This document shows, one piece after another, positions 20,600 to 34,921 of a DNA stretch of 64,000 bases. The translations under genes and the position numbers were made by a program. The notes below the pieces were generated by a model. It did no database searches and had not been told where the DNA came from. It saw only the letters and a list, made by a program, of their open reading frames with translations. The number at the start of each line of letters is the position of its first letter. The stretch's first letter is position 1. Origin of the DNA: Acidobacteriota bacterium (GTDB lineage Bacteria > Acidobacteriota > Thermoanaerobaculia > Gp7-AA8); the NCBI GenBank assembly GCA_019244185.1, contig JAFATB010000018.1:147300-211299 (forward strand), in the 5' to 3' direction.

Positions 20600-23068
20600 T
20601 CAGTGCACCGTTTCCATCACGACGGCTTCGCTGATGTGCGGCTCCCGCGGCAAGACGTCCGCGGCGAGCTCCTCGAACGCGACCACGACGAGCGTCTGAT
20701 CGTCTTCCGGCGGCCGGTTGCGCGTGAACTTGCGCACGGCCGTCAGCAGCGCTTTCTTCATCTCGTCCGCGGAGGCGCGTCCCGCCTTGACGATGGTCTC
20801 TTCGAAGCGCTCGAAACCGAATGGCTCGCCGTCGTCGTCGATCGCCTCGATGAGGCCGTCGCTGTACAGCACGAGCCGGTCGCCCGGCGCGAACTCGACG
20901 CGGTGCTCGCGGAACGCCTCGCGTCTCCGCACGCCCAGCGGAAATCCCCACGACGACAGCGCCTCGGTTTTTGCCGTCGCGGCGCGGTAGACGTACGGGT
21001 CGAGGTGACCGGCCGACGAGAAGCGGAGCGTCTGCGCGTGCGGATCGAGCACGCCGAAGAAGAAGGTCATCAGCATCCGCTTCGGCGCGGTCTTCTGCAC
21101 GATCTCGTTGAGCACGTCGAGCACGGCGCGCGGCGCGGGATCGTAGTCGACCTGCACCATCAGCGCGGCCTTGGCCATGGCCATGACGATGCCGCTGGTG
21201 AGGCCGTGGCCGGAGACGTCGCCGAACGCGATGCCGATCTCGCCGCTCGGCAGCGGCAGGAAGTCGAAGTAGTCGCCGCCGATCTCGGTGGCGGCGCGGT
21301 AATGCGAGGCGACGGTCGCGCCGGCGAGCGACGGCGCGTCGAGCGGCAGGAGCGCGGCCTGGATGCGGTTCGCGGCGTCGATCTCCGCCTTCACGCGCTC
21401 GCGCTCGACGATGCGCTTCACGTGCGGCGCGAGGTCTTCGTACGTGTAGACGACTTCGCGCCGCGTCAGCAGCGCGGAGATCGCGAAGGCGATGAGGCCG
21501 AGGATCGGCAGCGCGAGGACGATGGTCAGCTCGCGCGCGAGCTCGCCGCGCGCGACGGAGAGCAGCGGAAGCACGAGCGTCGCCAGCGAGCCGCCGAAGA
21601 GCGCGGTGGTGGCCGTGAGGAGGTCGTAGGCGAGAAACGTGATGATGACCACGGCGATGCCGCCGAAGCCGAACAGCATCCGCGCGTTCACCGGCTCGAT
21701 CGGCGGCGCGATCGCTCCGGCGATGACGCCGAGCACGAGCATCGCGAGGACGCCGAGCCAGAGCACGCGCCGCCGGTGCGACCACGCCAGCACGAAGAGC
21801 ACGCCGCCGACGGTGACGAGCAGCGCCTCGCACGCCGCCTGCACGAGCGCGTACAGCGGACCTCCGCTGTAGAGGATCGCGCTCGTGCCGCCGGTCGTCG
21901 CGGTCGCCCAGCCCTGCTGCAACGCGATCGGAATCGCGCCGACGGCGAGCGCCGCGCCGGCCACGGCGGGCGCGAGGAGCGAGCCGCGCAGCAGCGACTG
22001 GCCGACGGTTGCGTTCAGCGGATCGCGGCGCAGGATCGCGTCGAACGCCGCGAGCTTCTCGCCCCAGCGCTCGCGCGCGTAACTCTCGCCGACGGCCCAC
22101 GCGAGGAAGAGCAGAATCGCCGACGGCAGATTACCGAGCAGAAAGCCGAACGCGGTGACCGCCCACGAGATCGCCGGCGCATCGAGCGAGCCGAGACCCC
22201 AGCCATCCGCCATCGACACGCGCGCGAGCAATGCGCCGCCGATGAGGAGCACGATCAGCACGGCGAACAGAAACGCGCCCGTGTTCACGCCCACTTCGCC
22301 CGCGTGATACTTCCTGAGGAAGATCACGATGAGGATCAGCAGCAGGAGGAAGAGCGTCGCGAACTGCAGCAGGACGGAGGCGACGTCGCCGCCGGTGTCG
22401 CCGGTCAGCTGCGCGCCGTCCACGTACTCCTCGCTGAGGTCCCAGCCGGCCTGGCGGTCGCCGACGAAGTAGACGTTCAGATAGAGCGCGAGCTGCGGCA
22501 GCGGAAAGCTCGACGGCACGCGGTAGCGGAAGACCCAGTCGGTACGCGAGCGCAGCACCGTCGGCCGCGCCGACTCGAACTTCGGCGACGGTGCGCCGGC
22601 AAACGTCCGCGAACGCACGAACGCGTCCGCGCGCGGCCGCAGCTGCGCCTCGGTCGCCTTCGCGCCGGGATCGCCGTCGCGCAGCCGCAGCCGCGCCTCG
22701 GTGACCTCGCCCGTCCGCGCGTCGACCTGCACGGCGCCGTGCGGCGGATACTTGTCCTTGTTGAGGTAGTAGTACGTCAGCTGGTACGCGTTGAGTCTCG
22801 GGCCGAGGACCGGATCGTTCCACGCGTCGGCAAGATGCGGGCTGTTGCGCAGCTCTTTCTCGAGATACCGCGACGGATGCCAGATGTTCGTGGCCCACGT
22901 CGACCCGAGCGGGATCCCAAGCTTCTGCGCGGCGTCGTTGGCGATCCGGCGCGCCTCGGAGCGCGTGATGCTGATGCCGCGCGGTTCCGCCGGCCGATAG
23001 AACGGAAGCACCAGCAGCAGCGCGACGACTCCTGCGACGGCGGCCACCAGCGGAGCGACGCGTTTCAT
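20600..23068 (-). CDS. Membrane-bound PP2C/SpoIIE (RsbU-like) serine phosphatase
   Basis: C-terminal IGGDYFD, GDVSGHG, SAGH, LYSDGLIE and EDDQT motifs; multiple TM helices; start uncertain (23068-23098). Confidence 0.88.
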   Translation of the reverse strand: MKRVAPLVAAVAGVVALLLVLPFYRPAEPRGISITRSEARRIANDAAQKLGIPLGSTWATNIWHPSRYLEKELRNSPHLADAWNDPVLGPRLNAYQLTYYYLNKDKYPPHGAVQVDARTGEVTEARLRLRDGDPGAKATEAQLRPRADAFVRSRTFAGAPSPKFESARPTVLRSRTDWVFRYRVPSSFPLPQLALYLNVYFVGDRQAGWDLSEEYVDGAQLTGDTGGDVASVLLQFATLFLLLLILIVIFLRKYHAGEVGVNTGAFLFAVLIVLLIGGALLARVSMADGWGLGSLDAPAISWAVTAFGFLLGNLPSAILLFLAWAVGESYARERWGEKLAAFDAILRRDPLNATVGQSLLRGSLLAPAVAGAALAVGAIPIALQQGWATATTGGTSAILYSGGPLYALVQAACEALLVTVGGVLFVLAWSHRRRVLWLGVLAMLVLGVIAGAIAPPIEPVNARMLFGFGGIAVVIITFLAYDLLTATTALFGGSLATLVLPLLSVARGELARELTIVLALPILGLIAFAISALLTRREVVYTYEDLAPHVKRIVERERVKAEIDAANRIQAALLPLDAPSLAGATVASHYRAATEIGGDYFDFLPLPSGEIGIAFGDVSGHGLTSGIVMAMAKAALMVQVDYDPAPRAVLDVLNEIVQKTAPKRMLMTFFFGVLDPHAQTLRFSSAGHLDPYVYRAATAKTEALSSWGFPLGVRRREAFREHRVEFAPGDRLVLYSDGLIEAIDDDGEPFGFERFEETIVKAGRASADEMKKALLTAVRKFTRNRPPEDDQTLVVVAFEELAADVLPREPHISEAVVMETVH

Positions 23069-23151
23069 GGACGCCGTCATCATAACCGTGCTCTTCACGC
23101 GTCCTTTGATACGTTCATGCGGCGATTCGGTTGCTACACTTGCGCTCTCGC

Positions 23152-24384
23152 ATGCAGAACAGCACCGCGATCAGCGACCGCCGCGCGACGTACGCGCTCG
23201 CGGTGCTGACGTTCATCAATCTCTTCAACTACGTCGACCGCTGGGTCGTGGCCGCGGTGGTCGAGCCGATGAAGCACGCGCTGTCGCTCAGCGACACGCA
23301 GCTCGGCTTCCTCAACCTCGGCTTCATCATCGTCTACGCCGCGGCCTCGCCGATCTTCGGCTCGCTCGGTGACAAGCGCGCGCGTCCGCCGCTGATCGCG
23401 ATCGGCGTCGGCATCTGGAGTTTCGCCACGGGCCTGGGCGGCTTCGCGCGCGGCTTCTGGTCGCTCTTCAGCGCGCGCTCGACGGTCGGCATCGGCGAGG
23501 CAGCGTACGGCACGATCGCGCCGGCGCTGCTGTCGGATCAGTTCGCGTACGAGAAGCGCGGCCGCGTGATGTCGGTCTTCTTCTCCGCGATCCCGATCGG
23601 CTCGGCGCTCGGCTACGTTCTGGGCGGACTGGCGGATCGCCATTTCGGCTGGCGTGCGGCCTTCTGGATCGCCGGATTTCCGGGCGTGCTGCTGGCCATC
23701 CTGGTGCTCTTCGTGAAGGATCCGCCGCGCGGACAGAACGACGTGGCGACGATGCACCACGCGCCGCCAGCGAACGCGAACGCGTATCGCGAGCTGCTGC
23801 GCAACCGCCCGTACGTGCTGGCAGTGCTCGGTTACGCCGCATACACGTTCGCGCTGGGCGGGCTCGGATTCTGGATGCCGGCGTTCCTCGAGCGCGCGCG
23901 CGGGATGTCGCGGTCGGAGTCGACGGTGACGTTCGGCGCGATCGTGATCGTGACCGGCTTCACCGGCACCGCGCTCGGCGGCTGGCTCGGCGACAAGTTT
24001 CTCGCGCGGACGAAGCAGTCGTATCTGTGGGTCTCGGGGATCGCCACGCTGATCGCGACGCCGTTCACGTTCGTGGCGCTGACGAACCACGCGAAGCCGG
24101 TGTACCTCGGCGCGATCATCGTGGCCGAGGTGCTCATCTTCATGTGCACCGGACCGATCAACTCCGCGATCGTGAATCTGGTCTCGCCGCTGGAGCGCGC
24201 GACGGCCGTCGGTTTCTCGGTGCTGGTGATGCACTTCCTCGGCGACATTCCGTCGCCGCCGCTGATCGGCATGCTCTCGGACGCGAGCTCGCTCGAGCGC
24301 GGGTTCCTGGTCGTGCCGGTGGCGGTGCTGCTTGCGGGCGTGATCTGGACTTACGCCGCGTGGCGCACGCCGGCCGATGCGTAA
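23152..24384 (+). CDS. MFS transporter (spinster-like)
   Basis: NLFNYVDR, RSTVGIGEA, AIPIGSALG and HFLGDIPSP. Confidence 0.88.
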   Translation: MQNSTAISDRRATYALAVLTFINLFNYVDRWVVAAVVEPMKHALSLSDTQLGFLNLGFIIVYAAASPIFGSLGDKRARPPLIAIGVGIWSFATGLGGFARGFWSLFSARSTVGIGEAAYGTIAPALLSDQFAYEKRGRVMSVFFSAIPIGSALGYVLGGLADRHFGWRAAFWIAGFPGVLLAILVLFVKDPPRGQNDVATMHHAPPANANAYRELLRNRPYVLAVLGYAAYTFALGGLGFWMPAFLERARGMSRSESTVTFGAIVIVTGFTGTALGGWLGDKFLARTKQSYLWVSGIATLIATPFTFVALTNHAKPVYLGAIIVAEVLIFMCTGPINSAIVNLVSPLERATAVGFSVLVMHFLGDIPSPPLIGMLSDASSLERGFLVVPVAVLLAGVIWTYAAWRTPADA

Positions 24385-25630
24385 GCTCGTCACCGCGTTC
24401 CTCGCGCTCTGCATGCGCATCTTCTACCGGCGCATCGAGCTCGCCGGCACGGAGCGCATTCCGGACGGGCCGGTGATCTTCGCGATGAACCATCCGAACG
24501 GGCTCGTCGATCCGCTGTTCCTCGTCTGCTTCGCGCCGCGTCCCGTGTCGTTCCTCGCGAAGGCGCCGCTGTTCCGCTATCCGGTCATCAGCTTCTTCGT
24601 GCACCTCTTCGACTCGATCCCGGTCTATCGGAAGCAGGACCACAACACGCGCGGCAGCAACGAAGAGACGTTCTCCCGCGCGCGCGACGTGCTGCGGCGC
24701 GGCGGCGCGATCGCGATTTTTCCCGAAGGCACGACGCACGACGACGCGCAGCTGCGCGAGCTGAAGACGGGCGCCGCGCGCATCGCGTTGGGCGCGCGAC
24801 TCGAGGCCATGTCGGTGGTGCCGGTCGGCATCTACTACACGGCCAAACACGTCTTTCGCAGCTCGGCGCTGGTGGTGTTCGGCGAGCCGCTGACGGTCGC
24901 GTCGAGCGACGAGTCGCCGGGCGCGGTCGAGCAGCTGACGGCGGAGATCGATGCGGGGCTCGATGCGGTGACCCTGCAGGCGGACTCGCGCGCCGCGCTC
25001 GCGCTCGTCGCGCGCGCGGAGGACATCTTCTCCGCGACCGACGCGCTGCCGCTCCCCGCGGAGTTCGGACTGCAGCGGCGTTTCGTCGACGGCTACCGCT
25101 ATCTCGCCACGCACGATCCGGCGCGCCTCGCGCGCCTCGAAACCGCGGTCACGCAATTCGAGGCCGAGTTGCGCCGCGCGGGCGTCGACGTGCAGAACCT
25201 CGTGCATCGCGGCGGCGCGGCGCGCGCGTTTCGCGTGATCGTGCTGCTGCCGCTCGCGCTCCTCGGCGCAATCGTGAGCTATCCGACGTATCGCCTCATC
25301 GGCGTGCTCGCGAAGCGCTTCTCCGGCGGCGAAGACGCGGTCGTTGCGACGATCAAGCTCCTCGCCGCGCTCGCGCTCTATCCGCTGACGTATCTCGCGA
25401 TCGCGTATCTCGTCGGGATGCGTTTCGGCGTGCCGACGGGACTCGTCGTGCTGCTCGTGCTGCCGTTTCTCGCGTACCTCGCGCTGCGCGTGTTCGAAGA
25501 CATCGACGAGGTGCTCGCCGACGCGCGCGCGTTCGCGCATCGCGACGACCGCGCGCGGCTGCTGCAGCAGCGCGAGGCGATCCGCAACGAGTTCGTCGCG
25601 GTGGCCGAAGAGATGGCCGCGCGGCGCTGA
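24377..25630 (+). CDS. Lysophospholipid/glycerol acyltransferase family protein
   Basis: NHPNGLVD (HxxxxD), FLAKAPLF, FPEGT and LKTGAARIA; C-terminal TM helices. Confidence 0.88.
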   Translation: MRKLVTAFLALCMRIFYRRIELAGTERIPDGPVIFAMNHPNGLVDPLFLVCFAPRPVSFLAKAPLFRYPVISFFVHLFDSIPVYRKQDHNTRGSNEETFSRARDVLRRGGAIAIFPEGTTHDDAQLRELKTGAARIALGARLEAMSVVPVGIYYTAKHVFRSSALVVFGEPLTVASSDESPGAVEQLTAEIDAGLDAVTLQADSRAALALVARAEDIFSATDALPLPAEFGLQRRFVDGYRYLATHDPARLARLETAVTQFEAELRRAGVDVQNLVHRGGAARAFRVIVLLPLALLGAIVSYPTYRLIGVLAKRFSGGEDAVVATIKLLAALALYPLTYLAIAYLVGMRFGVPTGLVVLLVLPFLAYLALRVFEDIDEVLADARAFAHRDDRARLLQQREAIRNEFVAVAEEMAARR

Positions 25631-25645
25631 GGTCTACAATCGTCC

Positions 25646-26647
25646 ATGCGCAACTCGATCGTGGCTCTCGCGGCTCTGACGCTCGCCGCCTGCTCGCAAT
25701 CCACCGCGAACCTGCATCTGCAGACCGGCCCCGAGACGCACGCGATTGGCGGCGGCGGACGCACGGCGACCTTCGAATACCTCGGCGCCGGCGGCTGGCT
25801 GATCCGCCGCGGCAGCGACGCCGTGCTCACCGCGCCGTTCTTCACGAATCCGAGCTTCCTGCGCCTGCCGTTCCGCACGAGCAGCAATCACGCGGTCGTG
25901 CAGCAGCACCTCGATCGCCTCGGCAATCTCGACGACGTGCGCGTCGTCGTCACCGGACACGCGCACTACGACCACATCATGGACCTGCCGGAGGTGCTGC
26001 CGCGCGTGCCCGCATCCGCGCCGATCGTCGGCGGCGTCACCGTCTGCAACACGCTCGCGTCCGCGCTGGCGGGACACGCGTGCGAGTCGATGCTGACGCG
26101 CGCCGGCACACGCAACGCCGCGGCCACGCCGTTCAATGTGAACGCGCGCGTCCGCGTGCTGCCGTACTTTTCCGAGCACGCGTCGCACGTCGCACACATC
26201 CGCGCGCTCAACGGCCATTACGCGTCGCCGCTCGCGCACGTACCCGCCAAGCCGAACGCGTGGCGCGAAGGGGAGACGCTCGCGTACCTCATCGACTTCC
26301 TCGACGCGAACGGCGCGCCCGAGCTGCGCGTCTGGTACGTCGACGCGTCGCCGAACACGCCGTATGGCTTGCCCGACGACGCGACGCTGCACGACAAGCG
26401 CGTCGACGTCGCCATCTTTTGCGTCGGCAACTGGAACCAGCAGGCGGATTATCCGAAGGCGTATCTCGCGGCGCTCGCGCCGTCGTACGCGCTCCTCGGC
26501 CACTGGGAGAACTTCTTCCGGAGCGCCGATCGTCCGCCGCTCGCGTTGCGTGCGGCGGACGTCGGTGCGTTCGAGGCGCTCGTGGCGCAGGCGAACGTGC
26601 CGTACACGCTGCCCGATCGCCACAAGGTCATCACGATCCAGTATTAG
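25646..26647 (+). CDS. MBL-fold metallo-hydrolase, predicted lipoprotein
   Basis: Lipobox LAAC; GHAHYDH motif; LGHWENFF. Confidence 0.8.
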   Translation: MRNSIVALAALTLAACSQSTANLHLQTGPETHAIGGGGRTATFEYLGAGGWLIRRGSDAVLTAPFFTNPSFLRLPFRTSSNHAVVQQHLDRLGNLDDVRVVVTGHAHYDHIMDLPEVLPRVPASAPIVGGVTVCNTLASALAGHACESMLTRAGTRNAAATPFNVNARVRVLPYFSEHASHVAHIRALNGHYASPLAHVPAKPNAWREGETLAYLIDFLDANGAPELRVWYVDASPNTPYGLPDDATLHDKRVDVAIFCVGNWNQQADYPKAYLAALAPSYALLGHWENFFRSADRPPLALRAADVGAFEALVAQANVPYTLPDRHKVITIQY

Positions 26648-28163
26648 ACGCGCCGCGGATGAACGACACGAGATCGTCGTGCAGCTTCCGGTGCGCGGTG
26701 CGGTCGATGTACATCATGTGGCCGCCGGCGTAGTAGTGCAGCGTCACGTTCGGCCGCAGCTCCGGCTCGATCTGCATGCGCGCGAAGGTGTAGTTCGTCG
26801 CGCCGAAGGGCGTGGCCAGATCGTAGTAGCCATTCGCGACGAAAACCTTGAGGAAGGGGTTCTGCGTCATCGCGCCGCGCAGCGTTTCCGCGACGTCGAG
26901 ATAGCGGTTCTGATAGCGGTCGAAGCTCCACGGCCGCGCTTTGTCGGTGAGGATCTCGTACGGCGTGTCGGTCTCGAATTTCAGCACGCGGCGCACGTAG
27001 TCGTTGAAGACGGCCGTGTACTCGCCGTAGATCGCGGAGTAGGACGGATCGTCTTCCGAGCTCTCGCCCGCGGCGTCGCGGTCGATGCCGATGAAGCGGC
27101 CGTCGAGACGTCCGACGGTGCGGCGGCGGTCGCGCAGGAGCTCCTTGTCGTAGCGGTCGATGTCGATGCGGAGGTTCGTGCGGTCGAGGTACTCGCGCGA
27201 GAGGCCGGTGAGCCGTGAGAGCCGCTCGATGATCGACGCGCGATCGGTGGCGCTGATGCGGTCGCCCTGCATCAGCGCGTGCGTGTAATCGCCGAGGGCG
27301 AAGGCTTCGGACTCCGCGACGGCACGCTCGACGCCGGCGCTCTGCAGATCGGCGGGAAGACGCTTGTGGTACCACGAGATCGCCGTGTACGTCGGCAGGA
27401 AGAGGATGTACGGCAGATCGGTGGCGGTGTCGAAGCGCGCGGTGGCGAAGTTGAGAATCGACGAGATCAATACGATCCCGTTGAGGTAGAAGCCCTGGCC
27501 GTGCAGCCAGCCCGCGAGTCCGGCCGCGCGCGTCGTGCCGTAGCTCTCGCCAGCGACGAACTTCGGCGAGCTCCATCGTGCGTTGCGCGTCGTCCAGAGG
27601 CGGATCACCTCGCCGACGGACTCGATGTCGGAGTCGACGCTATGAAACTTCTTCGCGTCCTCGAACGGAATGGCGCGGCTGAAGCCGGTCGACACCGGAT
27701 CGATGAAGACGAGGTCCGTCGCGTCGAGCAGCGTGGCCTCGTTGTCGACGAGGTGATACGGCGGCGCGCCGGCGTGACCCTCTTCGTCGCCGTACGCGAC
27801 GCGGCGCGGACCGAACGCGCCCATGTGCAGCCACACCGACGACGAGCCGGGACCGCCGTTGAACGTGTACGTCACGGGGCGTTTCGCCGGATCGGCGCCG
27901 TCGCGCGTGTACGAGACGACGAAGAAGCTCGCGCGCGGATCGCCCTTGTCGTCCTTGAGCACCATCGTGCCGGCGCGCGCGGTGTACGCGATGGTCTCGC
28001 CGCCCGCGCGCATGGTGCCGCTGGTGGTGACGATCTGGTCCGGCGGCACTTCTTTTTTCTCGCGCGGCGCGTCCGATTTTTTGTCGGGTTTGTCGGCCGG
28101 CCGCTCCTGCGCGGAAGCGACGCACGCGAGAGTCATCACGAAGACGGCGAGCAGTTTTTTCAT
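26631..28163 (-). CDS. S10 family serine carboxypeptidase
   Basis: FNGGPGSSS, FIDPVSTGFS, GESYG, GYYDLATP and GGHMMY. Confidence 0.93.
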   Translation of the reverse strand: MKKLLAVFVMTLACVASAQERPADKPDKKSDAPREKKEVPPDQIVTTSGTMRAGGETIAYTARAGTMVLKDDKGDPRASFFVVSYTRDGADPAKRPVTYTFNGGPGSSSVWLHMGAFGPRRVAYGDEEGHAGAPPYHLVDNEATLLDATDLVFIDPVSTGFSRAIPFEDAKKFHSVDSDIESVGEVIRLWTTRNARWSSPKFVAGESYGTTRAAGLAGWLHGQGFYLNGIVLISSILNFATARFDTATDLPYILFLPTYTAISWYHKRLPADLQSAGVERAVAESEAFALGDYTHALMQGDRISATDRASIIERLSRLTGLSREYLDRTNLRIDIDRYDKELLRDRRRTVGRLDGRFIGIDRDAAGESSEDDPSYSAIYGEYTAVFNDYVRRVLKFETDTPYEILTDKARPWSFDRYQNRYLDVAETLRGAMTQNPFLKVFVANGYYDLATPFGATNYTFARMQIEPELRPNVTLHYYAGGHMMYIDRTAHRKLHDDLVSFIRGASNTGS

Positions 28164-28252
28164 ACGGCGCAGAAACCTAACACAAACGCGCGGGAAGGGA
28201 TCGCCGCACGGCGCGGTTCCAGTGCGGAACCTTCCGTCCAAGAGAGGACCCC

Positions 28253-30652
<2,400 letters not shown>

Positions 30653-30661
30653 ACTGATGTC

Positions 30662-31360
30662 GTGACCTACCGCGAGCTCCGACCCACGGCCGCGCTGCAG
30701 CCGTGGGTCGAATGTTACTGGACGCGCGGCGAGGACGCGGACACGCGCGAGGCGAACCGCATCCTGCCGGACGGCTGCGCCGATCTCGTCTTCGATCTGA
30801 CGCGGGAGGAGGCGTTCGCCGTCGGCACGATGACGACCGCGCTCGTGCTGCCGCCGTCGCCGGGACAGCGCTTCTTCGGCGTGCGCTTCCGTCCCGGACG
30901 CGCCGCGGCGTTCCTGCGCATTCCGCTCGCGGAGATCACGGACGCGCGCGTGCCGCTGCGCGAGCTGTGGCGCGACGTGCCGCGTCCTGACCGCATCAAC
31001 TGTGACGACATTGAACGCGAGCTGCTGCGCCGTCTCGATCCCGAGCGCGACGCGCGCGTCGACGCGGCGATCGCGCGCATCATCGACAGCGATGGCGCGG
31101 AGCGCATCGAGCCGCTCGCGCGCGAGCTCGGCATCTCGCGGCAGCATCTCGCGCGGCAGTTCCTGCATCACGTCGGCGTCTCGCCGAAGACGTTCGCGCG
31201 GGTGATGCGCTTCCGGCGTCTGGTGTCGCGCGCGCACGCGGACGCCGACTGGGCGGACGTCGCGGCGCGACACGGCTACTACGACCAGTCGCATCTCATC
31301 GCCGAGTTTCGCGCGCTGGCGGGCACGACGCCGAACGCGTTCCATTTTTCCAATCCGTAG
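30662..31360 (+). CDS. AraC family transcriptional regulator
   Basis: ILPDGC, GVRFRP, VGVSPK and GYYDQSHLI HTH motifs. Confidence 0.9.
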   Translation: MTYRELRPTAALQPWVECYWTRGEDADTREANRILPDGCADLVFDLTREEAFAVGTMTTALVLPPSPGQRFFGVRFRPGRAAAFLRIPLAEITDARVPLRELWRDVPRPDRINCDDIERELLRRLDPERDARVDAAIARIIDSDGAERIEPLARELGISRQHLARQFLHHVGVSPKTFARVMRFRRLVSRAHADADWADVAARHGYYDQSHLIAEFRALAGTTPNAFHFSNP

Positions 31361-31387
31361 CGACGCGCGCGGCGCTAGATTCGGGGC

Positions 31388-31762
31388 ATGAAAGTCACGC
31401 CGGTTCTCGTCGTTCCCTCCATCGAACCGAATCTGCCGCTGTGGGAAGCGCTCGGCTTCGCGCGTACGGCCGAGGTGCCGCACGGCGATGCGCTCGGTTT
31501 CGTCATCCTCGCGCGGGACGGCGCGGAGATCATGTACCAGACGCTCGACAGCGTGCGCGCCGACGAGCCGCGGGCGCTGGAGAAGGCGAAGCCCGGCACC
31601 GCGTCGCTCTTCGTCGAAGTCGCGGATCTCGACGCCGCCGTCGCAGCGCTGCCGGCGGATACGGACATCTTCGTCGCGCGCCGCACCACGCCGTACGGCG
31701 CGACGGAGACGTTCCTGCGCGACGCCGCGGGGAACGTGATCACTCTGGCGCAGTTCGGCTAG
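31388..31762 (+). CDS. VOC family (glyoxalase/bleomycin resistance) protein
   Basis: LFVEVADLD and TPYGATETFLRDAAGNVI. Confidence 0.85.
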   Translation: MKVTPVLVVPSIEPNLPLWEALGFARTAEVPHGDALGFVILARDGAEIMYQTLDSVRADEPRALEKAKPGTASLFVEVADLDAAVAALPADTDIFVARRTTPYGATETFLRDAAGNVITLAQFG

Positions 31763-31765
31763 AAG

Positions 31766-31799
31766 AAAAAAACGCGGCGGCCGTTGCCGGCCGCCGCGT
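31766..31799 (-). terminator. groESL intrinsic terminator
   Basis: 12-bp stem ACGCGGCGGCCG, GCAA loop and T tract on the minus strand. Confidence 0.85.
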
Positions 31800-31828
31800 C
31801 GTAAACGAACTTCGTTGTTACTACGGAA

Positions 31829-33487
<1,659 letters not shown>

Positions 33488-33799
33488 TTATCCTTCGACG
33501 ATCGCGAGGACTTCGTCTTCGCGCAGAATCGTGTACTCGACGTCATCGAGCTTGATCTCGGTGCCGGAGTACTTGCCGATGAGGACGGTGTCGCCCTTCT
33601 TGACGTCGAGTTTGATGCGCTTGCCGTTGTCGTCGAACTTTCCTTCGCCGACGGCGATGACTTCCGCTTCCTGCGGCTTTTCCTTGGCGGTGTCGGGGAT
33701 GATGATGCCGCCGCGGACCTGCTCCTTCGCTTCCTTGCGGCGCACGACGATGCGGTCGTACAGCGGCCGGAGCTTCAGCTCGGATGCAACTGCTGCCAT
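33488..33799 (-). CDS. groES: Co-chaperonin GroES
   Basis: [24 protein letters not shown] and KYSGTEIK; AGGAGA RBS before ATG 33799. Confidence 0.98.
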   Translation of the reverse strand: MAAVASELKLRPLYDRIVVRRKEAKEQVRGGIIIPDTAKEKPQEAEVIAVGEGKFDDNGKRIKLDVKKGDTVLIGKYSGTEIKLDDVEYTILREDEVLAIVEG

Positions 33800-33886
33800 G
33801 ACGTATCTCCTTTCGATGGTACTGCTTGAATGATTTTTAGCGGGGCGTGCCCGCATCCGGATTTCCTGAAGTAGAGAAACGCGCGT

Positions 33887-33913
33887 TTGGCACTCGCGTC
33901 TCTTGAGTGCTAA
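33887..33913 (-). promoter_or_regulatory. CIRCE element (HrcA operator)
   Basis: TTAGCACTC-N9-GAGTGCCAA on the minus strand upstream of groES, one mismatch from consensus. Confidence 0.95.
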
Positions 33914-33930
33914 CAATAGGGGCGCGCCCG

Positions 33931-34860
33931 TCATTCTGTCAAGAGGCCGGCCGCGAGCGCGCGCAGCCACCCGTGCGCGGGGTCGTGCTCGCGCCGCTCG
34001 TCCCACACCATCGACACGGCGAGCGGCCGCAGCGGGAGCGGCGGCTTGAAGACGCGCAGGCGATGCGAGCGCGCCGCGAGACGCGCCAGACGCGCCGGCA
34101 GGAAGCCGACGAGATCCGTGGCCGCGACGATCGGCGCGATCGAGAGAAAGTGCGAGACGGTGAGCGGCACGCGGCGCTTCATGCCGCGGCTGCGCAGGAG
34201 CGTGTCGATCATCCCCGCGCCGTGATCGCCGGGATAGTTGACGCGGATGTGATCGAGCTCGAGGAGCGCGCGCAGCGTGAGGCGGTGCTTGGCGCGCGGA
34301 TGCCGCTCGCGCACGACGCACACGAGCTCCTCGCTGCCGACGCGCCGCGCGAGGACGCCGGTGTGCGCGCGGGAGACGTCGTCGAAGAAGCCGAGCGCGA
34401 GATCGACATCGCCCGCGTCGAGCCGCGCGAGCGGCGGCTGGAAGAGGAACTCCGTGCGCGTGACGTCGAGCGCGATGCCCGGTGCGGTCGCGCGCAGGCG
34501 GCGAATCAGCGGCGGCAGCAGCACCGCCTCGCCGTAGTCGGACGTCGCGATGTGGAAGACGCGCGCGGAGGTCGCGGCGTCGAAGCGCGGCGAGGTCTCG
34601 ATCGCCGAGCGCAACATCGCCAGCGCCTGTCCCACCGGCACCGACAGCTCGCGGGCGCGCGCGGTCGGCGTCATGCCGTTGCGCCCGCGCGTGAAGAGCT
34701 CGTCGTCGAACACGGCGCGCAGCCGCGCCAGCGCGCCGCTCAGCGACGACTGCCCGAGCCCGACCCGCGCCGCCGCGCGCGTCACGTGCCGCTCCTCGTA
34801 CAGCGCCTCGAACGCGAGCAGCAGGTTCAGATCGAGCGCGTTGAGCGATATCGGCTTCAT
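33931..34860 (-). CDS. LysR family transcriptional regulator
   Basis: [28 protein letters not shown] and DPAHGWLR; divergent from the hydrolase operon. Confidence 0.93.
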   Translation of the reverse strand: MKPISLNALDLNLLLAFEALYEERHVTRAAARVGLGQSSLSGALARLRAVFDDELFTRGRNGMTPTARARELSVPVGQALAMLRSAIETSPRFDAATSARVFHIATSDYGEAVLLPPLIRRLRATAPGIALDVTRTEFLFQPPLARLDAGDVDLALGFFDDVSRAHTGVLARRVGSEELVCVVRERHPRAKHRLTLRALLELDHIRVNYPGDHGAGMIDTLLRSRGMKRRVPLTVSHFLSIAPIVAATDLVGFLPARLARLAARSHRLRVFKPPLPLRPLAVSMVWDERREHDPAHGWLRALAAGLLTE

Positions 34861-34886
34861 CGATGATCGGTATCCAGGAAATCGAT
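34859..34886. promoter_or_regulatory. Putative LysR binding region
   Basis: T-N11-A at 34860-34872 and repeated ATCGAT (34859, 34881) in the divergent intergenic region. Confidence 0.4.
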
Positions 34887-34921
34887 TGTACAGATGAGCT
34901 CTCTTTCCGTACCGTACGGAT

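Noticed and set aside
33800-34321. N-terminal extensions in the ORF track for GroES, EttA, XdhB, AllB, M20, MacA and others
   Set aside because: Homology motifs, RBS or -10 positions and overlaps support later starts; the extensions are just open frame
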